DNA of 64,000 bases from the NCBI RefSeq assembly GCF_006345805.1, contig NC_042999.1, forward strand, positions 95,294,001 through 95,358,000, read 5' to 3'. Position 1 is the stretch's first letter. Every line of letters starts with the position of its first letter. Both the position numbers and the translations under genes were made by a program. The stretch comes from Octopus sinensis (Eukaryota). The notes beneath the pieces were generated by a model that was not told the origin of the DNA, did not search any database, and saw only the letters and a list, made by a program, of their open reading frames with translations. Of this stretch, positions 1 through 12,607 are shown piece by piece.

Positions 1-1995
1 GAGCCAGTTAGCAGCTAGACATAAAATAACATGATAGTAAACAGAGCAATAAAAGTTAAAAGACAAGCAGGCATGGAATGAATCAAAGAATGGGACAGCA
101 AAGAACTAAATCACATAGCAAAGCAGGAAGTTAGATGACAAGAGTAGGTACGTTAAAGAGAAATAGAAAGCAGGAAATTTGCTAGTGTTCTGCAACAAGG
201 AGATTAGAGGCGTGAGGTACTTTGGATTGCAAAGTAATATACCTGAATAAATTAAGGTTAGTTGAGGAAAAGTGCTTTTCAAACAATAGTAGTACACTTA
301 ATCTCATAAATAAGAGTCTTGGAAATATTATGAGAAGCTTCTCAATCTGGAAAAACATATACAGAAAGATAAGCTACTGAAGTGGATAGTTATATGATCA
401 AAATGATCATTAACAATAGGAAGGTGAGGAAAGCAGTGAATTTATCCAGTATATTTGCTGTCTAGTGAAGTATGCTCAGAGTTAGTTCCATAATCAACCA
501 GGAAATACAAGGAGGTATCACATTCAAAGAATGGTGCAGCAGTATAATCAACTGTTATACAAGCAAAGGAGATGATTTGCAAAGAAGCAATTGCAGAGAC
601 ATCAGACTAAAGGACCAAGTTACGAAAGTAATGGAAAGAGTATTAGAGCAATTAATTAGTAAGGGAATAAGCTTAGATGAGATGCAGCTTGAACTTGGGC
701 CAAGCTGTAGTACTACTGATATTTTTTCAGAGTGTTACAACTGCAGTAGGAATTTTTAACTGAGAAGAAACGTCTCTACCAAGCAGTTTGTTTGGAGAAG
801 ACCTTTAGCAGGGAATCTCAATCTGAAGTCCAGTAGTCTTTAAGAAAACTAATTGTAGACAAATGGCTTTTCATAGTGATACAAACCATGTAGTGGAATG
901 TGGTCAGCAAAATGAGTGTTGGCAATGAATTTAGCAATGAATTTAGCATGCAAGTAGATGTTCACTAAGGCTTGGTTCTCACCACCTTCATTAAATTACT
1001 CCAAGTAGTGTCATTTTAGATTCCATAGGAACTTCTATTTGTTGCTATAATTAGTTCTTAGCATAGAATCTGTAAAAGACTTAAAGAAGAAATTCCAAAT
1101 GTGCAAGCAAAATCTAAAGTCAAAAGACTCCATGGAAACTTGGCAAATACCAAATGCTTTAAGGAGTAGAAAAGAGAACAAGGCACTTCTGCCATCAGGG
1201 AAATGGCTGTACTTGACATGCAGAAAAGGAGTAGGAAGGTTCTCCATGCAGTATACATGATGTGAGCTATGGGTGCACATTACATGTACTAGGATCAGAG
1301 GAAGCTGATAAAAAATAAGGATTTTGTATGTGGGATACATACAGGAGTAGTTATAGCACTACTAAAATAACTTCTTTTTAATGTTTGGAAGCTCTACAGA
1401 AGTGGTTGCATTCCATCTGTCACTTGGGCAACCTATTCAGCAGTGAAAGAGGGTGCTCTGAAAACATGGTAGCCAGAATAAGGACAGACTGAAACAAGTT
1501 CAAAAGCCATTACATCTATTGGCATCAAAGGGATTCTCTCTTCAGGTAGAGCAAGAATTGTATATTGATTATGTACAAAATGCAATACTGTGATGCACAA
1601 TAGTGTGACAGGGAAACTGAATGCAGAAGATATATAAAGGTTGAAGAGAAATGAAGCCAGTATGTTCTGTTGGATGTGTAATGCTGGTATGCATGAATAA
1701 TGGGGAACAGTTGAAGTGTGAAATAAAATAGGTGTAAGAGAAATTGGTTGTTGTATGCAGGAATGAAGGTTGCATTGGTATGGATGTGTAAAACACATAA
1801 AGGATACCAGAGAGGCAAAGAAGTACCCAGATAGTGACATAGATAGAACTGGAGAAGACCAAAGAAGATAGGGACTGAATTGGTAAAAGCTGATTTCAAA
1901 TTCTGAATCTCACACAAGAAATGATAAAAGAGTGTAACAAATAGTGAGATGTATTGAAAAGGGCCTGTCTAACCCAGCAAGCATAGGAAAGCTAA
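1..1995 (+). mobile_element. Degenerate RTE-clade LINE ORF2 (RT plus C-terminus), running off the left edge
   Basis: ORF 472-759 WCSSIINCYTSKGDDLQRSNCRDIRLKDQVTKVMERVLEQLI..SLDEMQ matches RTE RT domains 1-2. Further frame-shifted RT and C-terminal motifs continue to about 1990. Confidence 0.85.
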
Positions 1996-3059
1996 TGGGA
2001 AAATATCAGTGACAAGGACAATAAGTAAATTGTAAAATAAAATACTTTAAGGTCTCTATTGATTAATGTGACTGATTAGTATATTTTACACTAATTATTA
2101 TGTGAATCTTTTGGATAAAGATTTGTGGTACTAAATATTGCTTCAAAGTTAGAAAACTTAAACTTTATTTAGATATGTGAAAGAAATGAAAAATATGGAG
2201 AGAAATGTAAAATGTTAGTGGTTATGACAATCACAATAGCAGTAAACAATGGAAAACTTTGTAAAAGTTATTTGTGAAGCAAGAGAGAAAGACTCACAGG
2301 GAAAAATCAATAACAAATGAGATATGTTAAGGGAAATCTTTAGTTGAAAAGTATCATTCCTTACAAAACATAATATTACATGAAATAAAGCTTATTGAGT
2401 AAAACCATCACAGAAGAAAGATATTATTAAGAACTGAATATCAACCATTCAATGTGGATAAAGAAGAGCTTCTCAAGAGGAATAGGTATATCTCAGAAGA
2501 GCAAACATTAGAAGTAACTTCAAACAAAGTAGTAGAATATTTCTATTGTTATTCTATGGTGAAGGATATTGGAGTAGATAAATATGCCTCTTATAAACTG
2601 TTGACAATGAAGGAAACGGTTCAAACGTTATCCAAAACTTCTAGCCCAAAGATAACATATCACAGCAATCTAAACTATAAAAAAAAAAGAAAAAAAGAAT
2701 AAAAATGATAGATTAAAATTTACTAAATAAAAGCTGTTAGATAAGCATTATCACAACTGCTTCTATTAAATTTTTATTTTAGATCCAAATGTTGTAAGAC
2801 TGAATGATTTCTTGAAAATATTGTTTATAAATGAACATGCTGTCATTCATTTTGGCAGGGTAGTTTAACTGATTTTAATTAGTGAACAATCTTAAGAGTT
2901 CTGAATCAGCAAATATTCTGAGGCCCAAACATCACTTAGATATAGCAAAGCCACTTCAAGTTATTCTTCTAACACTTCCAGTTTCTTTCTTAAATTCTTT
3001 GTCTCTACAAGTGCCCAGAGGTTTGTGTGTACACGTGTGGGTGTTCTTCCTGTTGTGAA

Positions 3060-3309
3060 AGTTGTTTATCATTTCGTTAACCATACTCACTCGGATAAAA
3101 TGCTTTACATTGCACCACTAAATTGCACTAAATTTCTGTGAAAAAAGCCATTGGTAAAAAATAACAGTCTGTAAATCAAAGAATATCAGAAGAAAACAAA
3201 AGAAAAAAGGAAACAAAAAAAGGATACAAGAAACTAAGTTTTGATATCTTATACATACATTGATTTTGGGTAGCTGACATTTTATTTTAACAAACAGCTT
3301 TCGGTAAGT
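3060..3309 (+). promoter_or_regulatory. Candidate non-coding first exon (or 6-nt microexon 3298-3303) ending at a strong donor
   Basis: Unique non-repeat sequence, Inr-like TCATTT at 3069-3074, A-rich leader, CG|GTAAGT donor at 3304. No transcript evidence. Confidence 0.3.
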
Positions 3310-4714
3310 TTCCAGTTTTGAAAACTCTTGAAACAAATGGAGCTGAAGATAAGTAGACACTACAACCACATCGTTCTCTTAATACATGTACAAACACATA
3401 TTTACATCCACTCATGCACCTATGCTTCTGTGTAGTTATGCACACATAAAACACACTTACTAGCATTGTATATATTTTAATCAATTATTGTTAGGAAAAA
3501 TGCTTCTTCATCTGTTATAAATCAATATGTCAAGAAAAATATTCTATCATTTAATGTTTGTCCTGAGGGTATAGTCATGCAATGAGAATATCTATCTTGT
3601 CATCATGTTAGTTTTTATGCAGCCTTCCACTTATATCTCTATGTACAGTTCTGCAGTTATTGAAATATACTTGATGCAGTATGAGTGTTTGTCAAACCTG
3701 ATATTTCTTTCAAAATGACCACAACAAACTTGCTGTTTATTCTCCTTCTCTTATGCTTTTACTTACTACTTACCTGAAACAGTGTGCATTTAAGTATTAG
3801 TTGGAAGAGGTGTTTCATTGTCTATATATTTTTTATAAAAGATGCACTAAACTATCAGCCAAAGGTCAGTGGTTCATAACCTGTCACTTCACCATTCATG
3901 CACTAGAAATCTAGTCAAATATAAATGGCCCAGTTTATCTAAGTGTAAATTAGTATCAGGTGGTAAATAAATTTTACTGCTATAAAACTGTTATTTTCCC
4001 AATTATTTTTTAATATATTGAGTTCACTGATCTAACCAAGGTGATTTACACTATATGAAGACAAGATCTTCAGAAGCATTCTCTGAGGCCCAATGAACCA
4101 CAAGACTCATCATTGTCATTAGTAGATTTGGAAGTAAGAATAAATGGGCATTAATATGTTTAATGCAATGTTTGATGGTTGGTTGCTGTAAGGAAAATAT
4201 GAACTGAGAAATTATTTGAAAAGATACATAATTCTGAAAGTAAGAATGAGATAAGTGATTAATACAAAACAAAGTAGTGGTGATACATTGCAACAATGAT
4301 AAGAAGTTTAGGAATAGATGCATATGGTAAATAATAAATTCATAAAAGCAGACAGTGCTTTTAGATAAATTAACATAGTAGAGCAAGAGTACATTTTGAT
4401 GATATTGGAAAATAAAGGTTTAATTATTTTGAGGATTAATTTTATTAAATGCACCCTAGAATATGAATATATATGGTTTGAGCTCTGGCCAAGGTAGTAA
4501 AAGTTAATTTGTACATTGTATGGAGATAACTGAAATATTTTATGGATATGAAACCTAAGCCAAACTTTTCTACTGCAGTCTTGGCAATATGTAGAAATTG
4601 TAATCACTTGAGAATCAACATTAAACACTTAAGGAGTGCAAGATTAGATTGTCTTGCAGTCTTTAGTTTTATCTGGTGCATTCCAGAATTTTTTAGACTA
4701 GTTCAGGAGAGACA

Positions 4715-5782
4715 TTTATTAATTTCAAAGAAGTACAAAACTCTAATCTTCAAAGGAAGACCCTTTGTCTTCAATGCACTTGAAGAGCTCTCACCACTTT
4801 ATGAAGGCCCCCATGGAAGTCCTCCAAAGTGAGAGTGTCCAAGACCCTTGTCATAGCCATCTTCATCATCTCAACATCTTCAAAATGACTGATGCTGAGG
4901 TTCTCCTTCAGATTGGGGAACAACTAAAAGTCACAGAGAGTAAGGTCTGGGCTGTAATAAGGATGTGGGAGAATTTTGATGCTCATCTCTGTCAAGTAAT
5001 TGGTTACCTGGATGGAATTGTGAACTAGTGCATTGTCCTGGTGCAAGTGCATCAATTTAAATGGAAGAGCTCTTGCCTTTTGTGATGAAATCTTTTCCTG
5101 AACTCCCTTGAAACATCATCATCATCATCATCATTTAGCGTCCGTTTTCCATGCTGGCATGGGTTGTACGGTTCAACTGGGGTCCGTGAAGCCGGAAGGC
5201 TTCATCAGGCCCAGTCAGATCTGGCAGTGTTTCTACAGCTGGATGCCCTTCCTAACGCCAACCACTCCGTGAGTGTAGTGGGTGCTTTTTACATGCCACC
5301 TGCACAGGTGCCAGACAGAGCTGGCAAACGGCCATGAACAGATGGTGCTTTTATGTGCCACGGGCACGGGGGCCAGGCAAGGCTGGCAACGGACACGAGC
5401 AGATGGTGCTTTTACATGCCACCGGTACGGGGGCCAGGCGAGGCTGGCAACGGACACGAATGGATGGTGCTTTTACGTGCCACCGGCACGGGGGCCAAAC
5501 CTTCACAAAAAATCTTTGTTGACTGTCTGGCCAGAAGATACCTAGTGGATGTAGATGATACCCATGCTGTCGAAAAAGTGGGGATCATCATGAGCTTCTT
5601 GATGGACTTGTTTTGCCTGGCCTCTTGTGCCAGTTAGAAACAGATGCTCAACTCATAAAAGTTAATCCATCGTTAGTCTGGAGCATTTTGTAAGATTTTG
5701 TAGCATTTTACTCAGATTAACACAAAACTTTATTGTATAGCAAGCTTCTAAATTGTCTTCCCATCCCAACTACATTCCACTG
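4715..5782 (-). mobile_element. Internally deleted mariner-type transposon, interrupted by an RTE 3' end
   Basis: Minus-strand peptides LHQDNALVHNSIQVTNYLTEMSIKILPHPYYSPDLTLCDF*LFPNLKENL (YSPDL motif) and FDSMGIIYIH*VSSGQTVNKDF. N-terminal IKFCVNL motif near 5700. Confidence 0.85.
5115..5496 (-). mobile_element. 5'-truncated RTE LINE 3' UTR with (GAT)n tail and about four ~57-bp internal tandem repeats
   Basis: catcatcatttagcgtccgttttccatgctggcatggg tail, shared with about 10 other copies in the window. Flanked by AAAC duplication. Confidence 0.8.
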
Positions 5783-5809
5783 TGACAAGCAGTATTTAGT
5801 AGTGTGTAG

Positions 5810-6125
5810 AAGGCATGTGGCTTAGTGGTTAGGGTATTCAGCCCATGATTGTAAGGTTGTGAGTTTGATTCTTGACAGTGCATTGTGTCCTTGAGCAAGA
5901 GACTTATTTTCATGTGGCTCCAGTTCACTCAGCTGGCAGAAATGAGTAGTATCCATATTTCAAAAGGGTAGCTTTGTCACATTTTGTGTTATGTTGAATC
6001 TCCCTGAGAACTGCATTAAAAGTACATGTGCCTGTGGAGTGCTCAGCCACTTACACATTAATTTCACAAGCAAGCTGTTCCATTATGTGGAACCCTTGTC
6101 ATCATAACCAACAGAGTGCCAGTTA
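5810..6125 (+). mobile_element. tRNA-derived SINE
   Basis: A-box TGGCTTAGTGG, B-box-like GAGTTTGATTC, then a gtgtccttgagcaag central domain typical of invertebrate SINEs. Confidence 0.7.
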
Positions 6126-6764
6126 GTACAGTGTGTTCAAAGTGCTGTTGCAGCCATTTCCTTCAATCTGAAATAAAAATAGTTGGCAGATAAACTTATT
6201 TTAGTAATGATATTCTAGGACAGTTACAACTGCCTCTCCTAAAAAAATGTCTCAAAACTTCTGGAATGCACCTCATACACCCACACTTCATATACCACTT
6301 GACTCCATCTTTTATCTTCTCAAAGTCATCAAAATAACTACATGTAATACATTAAAGTTCAGTTCAGTCAGTTATACTTGTACCACTAGATCTGGAAATA
6401 TGTTTTAATTTGATCTTTTAGACTCATTAAAGGTTAAAATGGAAATAGTGCCATACATGATAAGCAGAATATCAGATCCCGTTCAGTCACATAAGAGAAG
6501 AAATGGGACCAAGTGATGTTCAAATCTGTCATAAACGAATTATTGGTGTATATGAAATGAAAGTATTACTACTAATAAAAATAGCTTCTTAGAATCACAC
6601 AATGCAATTAATATCTCCTTAAATTAACTCTAGTACATAAGAGCTACTTATTTTATTGATACCAGAGATTGAAAAGTGGAATTTCAAACTTAGGTTGGAG
6701 AGCAATAGAAGAAAATACTGCAAGGTATAGCACACTATTAATTCTGCTGTATCATTGCATATTA

Positions 6765-6880
6765 CCACCACCACCACCGCCACCACCTCCATTACTGCCA
6801 CCACTGCTGCTGCCACTGCTGTTCCTACTACCACCACCACTACCATTATCACTACTACTACTACTACTACTACTACTATG
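6765..6880. repeat. (CCA)n/(CTA)n trinucleotide microsatellite
   Basis: Directly visible. Explains ORFs 6619-6852 and 6669-6899. Confidence 0.95.
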
Positions 6881-7301
6881 TTTGCTATTCAGAATATAAA
6901 TCAAAGTTGAATATAGTTGTATTTCTTACAGCAAATCTTTATTATATCAATTTTGTATTTTTATTTTATCTTCCCTCAATTTTAAGGGGCATATATAGAT
7001 GATGTAGCTATGTTATTAGAAAAAGTAAAATCTTATTTTTAAAAAGAAAAAAAAAAAAGAAAAGAAAAATAACTCTTAATTGATAGAATGTGACACCTGC
7101 AAGCAGTTTGAAAATGCATTGACTGAAAGCAAAATTATTGATCCATGTCAATTCATCATCTCAAAAGTCCAAAAGCAAGACCTTCATATTGATTTTGTAT
7201 TATATTTAGCCCATTTCTGATTTTCTTACCTAAAATCAAAAATGTAAAATAAAAAAATATATCAGCTGCACATTTTACTATAATTCAGTTTCTTCACTCA
7301 G

Positions 7302-7316
7302 AATCATCGTTGAAAG
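7302..7316 (+). other. Candidate 15-nt microexon (28 nt if the upstream AG at 7287-88 is used)
   Basis: tttcttcactcAG|AATCATCGTTGAAAG|GTAATT within unique sequence. Confidence 0.25.
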
Positions 7317-7468
7317 GTAATTTTGTTTCTTACATGCTTTATTGTTTTAGTTTTCTAGGGTATTTTATTAATTTTACATGTGTGAGTTTGCGTGTTTACT
7401 CATTAAAATAAAAAGGAAACCACATTCTAGAATAAAGAACTTGATACCAGTTTATGAAGGGGTAGAGT

Positions 7469-7500
<32 letters not shown>

Positions 7501-7999
7501 AATTTAATGTCGCCCTTTCATGCTGGCGTGGGTGGGACAGTTTGACAAGAGCCAGTCAAGCAGAAGCCTTCAGTTGTAATGTGTGTGTGTGTGTGTGTGT
7601 GTGTGCAGATGTATGAGAGAGAGTGAGGGAGTGCATGCGTGTGTATCATTTCTAACTTTTAAAGTTAATATCTAGGTCACCCATATATTTTTTATTTTTT
7701 TGAGAAAAATATCATCTGAAGTACTTCATCAGACTCATACCATCTTAGCTATAATTGATATATAGTCATGTGTTTACTAGCAGGTTACTTAGTCTAGTAT
7801 GGCATATTTAATCTTTTATAGTTCCCCTAAACTTAGTTTCTCACTGACAAGATGGTGTTTCCTTCCAGGTGAAATCAGTTTCTTTTTGATATTTTAAAAC
7901 TATAATGGCACAACAGAGAACACAGTGCCAGATTAAATGACCTTGTAGTTCTATCCATTTAAATTCTGAGTTCAGATACAGATTGTACTGTTTATGCCT

Positions 8000-8403
8000 T
8001 TCTTTCATTCAGGGCTGTGCTGGCAAAATTGTTTGCAAGCAAAACAAACTGCTTTGCAGCATTTCTTCTGAGTTCAAATTTCATCAAAGTTGGCTCTGCT
8101 TTTTACCCTTTCAAGATTGATAAAATAAGTACCATACAGTTCTATATTTAAGAGATGAGGAATTATGTACATTATTTACAATTGACAGATATTTGTCCTC
8201 ATCTTGTTTGTTGTTAATACGTTTTGGCTGATATACCCTCCAGCCTTCATCAGGTGTCTTGGGGAAATTTCGAACCTGGGTTCTCATTCCTAAGGTATTT
8301 TTTGATGTATTATTATTATTATTGTTATTATTCAGGTCACTGCCTGGAATCGAACTTGAAATCCGAATTCAATTCCTGGCAGTGACCTAACGAGTCTGAC
8401 TCG

Positions 8404-8468
<65 letters not shown>

Positions 8469-8850
8469 ATTCATGTCACTGCCTGGAATCAAACTTGGAA
8501 TCTTGGGGTTAGTAGCCTGCACTCTTAACCACTACACCCATGGGCATATGGCATAGTGGTTTAGAGCGCAGGCTACTAACCCCAAGATTCTGAGTTCGAT
8601 TCCAGACAGTGATTTGAATAACAATAACAATAATAATAACGATAACAACAACATCGAAAAATACCTTAGGAATGAGAATCCAGGTTCGAAATTTCCCCAA
8701 GATACCTGATGAAGGCTGGTAGATAGATCAACAAATATCCGTCAATTGTAAATAATGAAAATAAGTACTAGTTGAGCACTGGGGATCAATGTAATGGACT
8801 ATTCCCTTGGATCAAAATTTCAGACTTTGTGCCTATGGCAGGAAGGATTT
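8000..8850 (+). mobile_element. Degenerate SINE (aaggcggcgagctggcagaatcg family) split by a palindromic insertion
   Basis: The SINE core ctgagttcaaat...gataaaataagtac resumes after 8757 with ...agtactagttgagcactgggg. Confidence 0.7.
8133..8757. mobile_element. Palindromic tRNA-headed element with a decayed hammerhead motif and 11-bp TSD
   Basis: Inverted arms centred on CCCATGGG (8537-8544). A box 8549-59, B box 8593-8601. AAAATAAGTAC at 8122-8132 and 8758-8768. Confidence 0.75.
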
Positions 8851-9385
8851 AAGGTTGTAAAATAACTCACAACAGTGAACTGGACTGTATCAAATTGAAT
8901 ATAACCACCACTCACTTGAAAATCTGCCTTTGTACTAAATTTAGAAATTCATATTTAAAAAGCAAAAATACATACATTATTTCTTAACTTTAATAAGTGC
9001 ATAGCAAGGTAGCTACTTGAATTCAGGTAATGTACACATTAGTGATATAAGTGGTATTAGGCAGTACAAAAATTAACTTAACTTGTGTAAAGTGAAGTGG
9101 CACCAACTGGGAACGGATATCAAGTTAATGGACGTGGCCCATTGAAACCACTTAAGAATCATTCTTTTTTTTTTTTTTATTAATACACACATTCAGTCCT
9201 CTGTAACAACATCCCACTCACAACAAAATATTCTATTCCAAAATATATATCTATGACAGCACATTTACCATGACGCATTGTCTACCACGACACTTCACCT
9301 GCTAGAAACAATTGCCAAATATCCCTTAAGCTATGTCCTTCTGTTTTAAAAAATGGGCATGTAAAATAATTAATTGTATGTACGT

Positions 9386-10500
9386 ATCATCATCATCATC
9401 ATTTAACGTCTATTGTCCATGCTGGCTTGGGTTGGATGGTGTGACCAGAACTTACAAGCTGAGGAGCTGCACCAAACTCTAGTCTGATTTGGCATGTTTT
9501 CTACAGCTGGATGCCCTTCCTAACATCAACAACTTTACAGAGTGTGCTGGGTAATTTTATGTGGCACCACATCGGTGTTTTTGCATGATGCTGCATGGGC
9601 GCTTTTACATGTCACTGCACAGGTGCTTTTACATGGCACCACATGGGTGTTTTTACGCAGCACTTCACAGGTGCTTTACATCACCAGAAGGATTGGTCTT
9701 AACACTTCTACCGTGGAGTACAGACTTCCTGAGTACAGTAAAATGCCAAGTATCTCGGTCCTTTGTCATCTCGCCTGAAAGGGTCAGCTTCCTGAGGTCG
9801 TTCTTCAGTACGTCATCTCATGTCTTCCTGGGTCTCCCACTTCCACATGTTCCATTCATTTTGAGAGATCAGCACTTCTTTATGGAGTTGTAGGCATCCC
9901 TTTGCATCACACGACTAAACCACCACAGTCTTTTCTCTTACACACAGCAGCTAATTCCTCTTATGCCTAACTCCTCTCTCAGAACACTGGCACTCTGTCA
10001 CACATGTACAATTACATTACACATCCAGAAGAGCATACTAGCCTCATTTCTTTCTAACCTTCTCATGTCCCCTGCATTCAGGGCCCATGTCATACTACCA
10101 TCTATAATTGTTGTCCATATGCATGCATCATACAATCTTCCTTTCACTTGGAGAGAGAGACCTTTCATGCCCAACAAAGGTAACAACTCTTTGAATTTCC
10201 TTCATCCTATTCTTATTCTAGTTATCACACTCTTTATGCATCCTCACCACTACTTATTTGATCCCCCTAGGTAGATCTACTACCTCTAATGGGCAACCAA
10301 GGCATTTCAGAGTATCAGTTTCCTGAGTCTCTAAAATTTTTATGGATCTTGTGCATCTTCCACATACAGAAACTACCTTTTCTGATAACCTCCCAGTTAA
10401 CTCACTGCACCTCTTGTGTATCCATAGCTTACTCTAGATACACTCTATGGAGTTCCTGCCTACACCTTTCCTACAAATTGATGCTTCAAGTCCCAAACAA
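9386..10500 (-). mobile_element. RTE LINE 3' end and ORF2 C-terminus
   Basis: (GAT)n tail at 9386. ORF 9998-10186 LPLLGMKGLSLQVKGRLYDACIWTTIIDGSMTWAL matches RTE C-terminus. Confidence 0.85.
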
Positions 10501-10739
10501 AATCCAGCAGTACATCTTTATCTTAGCTTATACATAAACTCAAGAATGAATCAACTTCTTAGACACTTAAGTGGTCTGTAGTTGCCCACAGCAAACCATG
10601 CAGTGGCTAGAATAGCAAGTATGGTCTCTGCATAACCGAAGTCATATTATGCAATCCACAGATTGCCTTAAAGAACACATAATGAACAGCATAATTTTCA
10701 CATGAAGACATTGATTTCACAATCTATTCTCAAAATGCA

Positions 10740-11900
10740 AATAACAACACCCCCACCGCATCATTTCTCCTATCATTCATAGACATCTCCCCCTTATTTA
10801 CCAGCATAACCACTAAATATTATACCACCAATATTTTCCCATTATATTGCCTTTAACTCATTGTTGTTTATATCTATCTATCTTATCTTTCCTTATCATT
10901 TACACCCTTTTTTCTTATTACACCGGCCTCCCCTACCCTTTGTAAATTTACAAGCATATACACCCACATGCACCTCTAGTATTTCTTACAGAAAGCACAC
11001 TTGCGCGTACAACAATATTTATTCCTTACTTTTCAATTTGTAGTATTTACTACATTTCTTCCCCATTCTCTCATGAATTTCAGTTCTACTACTACTTCAT
11101 CACTTCAAGCACACCTTTTCCTCCCTTTGAACCAAAAATGCTTTCCCACTCTCTCCTCTTCCAACATTATCTTTTCTTTCAAATACCACTCCCCTTATAG
11201 CATACTATGCAAGAATTTAAAGAAGGATGGCATTATATAATAAACTACACCTAGTATGGAGTTAGAGGAAATGGCAAATCAGATATCAAGGAAAGCTATC
11301 AGTAGGGAATAGTCTAATTATTAATAATGTAGAATGTGAAACAGGTGGCGATGATATCAAAATTAGATGGTGTAATCACCTTAGTGTAAATCAGATGAAG
11401 CAACTCAAGACAATAGTTGTGGGTAAGAGGTTTGGATAGTGTATTCTATCTACTATAACATGCACTGCTCAAAAAACTATGTTGATGTAAGGAGTACTTT
11501 CCTAGTAGAAATGAAAACAAATTGTCTAGGGTGTGCAGGCAACTACTAGAGGTTAAGTATCAGTCATCGCTATTGCATAATACCAGGTACACCACGGATA
11601 GAATGGTTAGCTCCTTCAATATAGCATACCATGCAAGTATAGTAAGCGTAGTTAAAAGATATTAGTAAAAGGAAGACGAGAATAGGAGGACTCACAAACG
11701 AATGGGTAAATTGATAGATTAAATGGTCAATGAAAGAGGGAGTAACTTAGATTGGACCTAGGTTGGGGGCTATTATAGAGGTTGTTTAATGTCCTTAAAG
11801 TATTTAAATGTGTGGGTAGCCTAATGCATACAGGAAAGATGAAGGTCTAGTTTATTATTTAGTAGATTTTCTCAATTAGATCTCCTTAAAATTTCAAATA
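10740..11900. mobile_element. Highly decayed Penelope-like RT remnants (both orientations)
   Basis: Weak motifs: DISPLFTSIT (+), and TLDNCFHF and AFLDI (-). Confidence 0.35.
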
Positions 11901-12400
11901 GCACTATGCACCAAAGTCTGCATCCATATCTACAGTTTAAGTATGGTTTAGCAATCCTAATGATGTCCCAACTCAAATCAAATTTAACATTGTTGCCCTT
12001 GAGCTCTCAAATCTTCATGGCTAGAAACCTCCTGCCAGCCCTTTGTCTTAATTTAAAAGATGAATAGTAATTGCATAAGCACCCCTTGAGATTTACAGAG
12101 CAGCTAATATAAGGATAAGTATTGGACTCCATTACATCACATTTGTAAACCACATTTTCCGCTAAACATTGACGAGAAAGTGGACAAGATGTTTTGTCTA
12201 AACAATTGCACCCAATATTTTATAATACTTGAAATTTCGTTTTGGGTATGTGATCCAACATTATTATTATGTTATAAGTTCAAGCTTGCAAGAGTTACTG
12301 GTGTTTGCATGGCAGTTGCTGTGGTTTATATTACTATAATCAATACTATTTTGTTAACATAGGTAATTGTGCCTGTAGCATGTATGTATATATATATATA

Positions 12401-12607
12401 TATGAAGGGGTATTAAAAAGTTCTTGGCTTTGGGTAAAAAAAAATACAGGAGGATCAGTTAATTTTGATCTTATTCAACTCATTTCCTGCTCAGATTCCC
12501 ACACTTATTGCAGCGGTTCTTTAGTTTTTCTAAGCCCTGTAAAAGAACTCATAAGTTTGGGCCTTTCATGGTACCCTTAAAGCCAGAAACTTTTCCGCAC
12601 CTCCTTG
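12401..12607. mobile_element. Mariner-derived MITE
   Basis: Imperfect TIRs gaaggggtattaaaaagttcttggcttt / aaagccagaaacttttccgcacctcc, next to a TA run. Confidence 0.7.

Noticed and set aside
5282-5496. Regular ~57-bp repeats resembling a CRISPR array
   Set aside because: The units are contiguous tandem duplicates with no unique spacers, inside an RTE 3' UTR. There are no cas genes and the context is eukaryotic.
8541-8615. tRNA gene
   Set aside because: A and B boxes are present, but the anticodon and acceptor stems do not pair. It is a SINE head.
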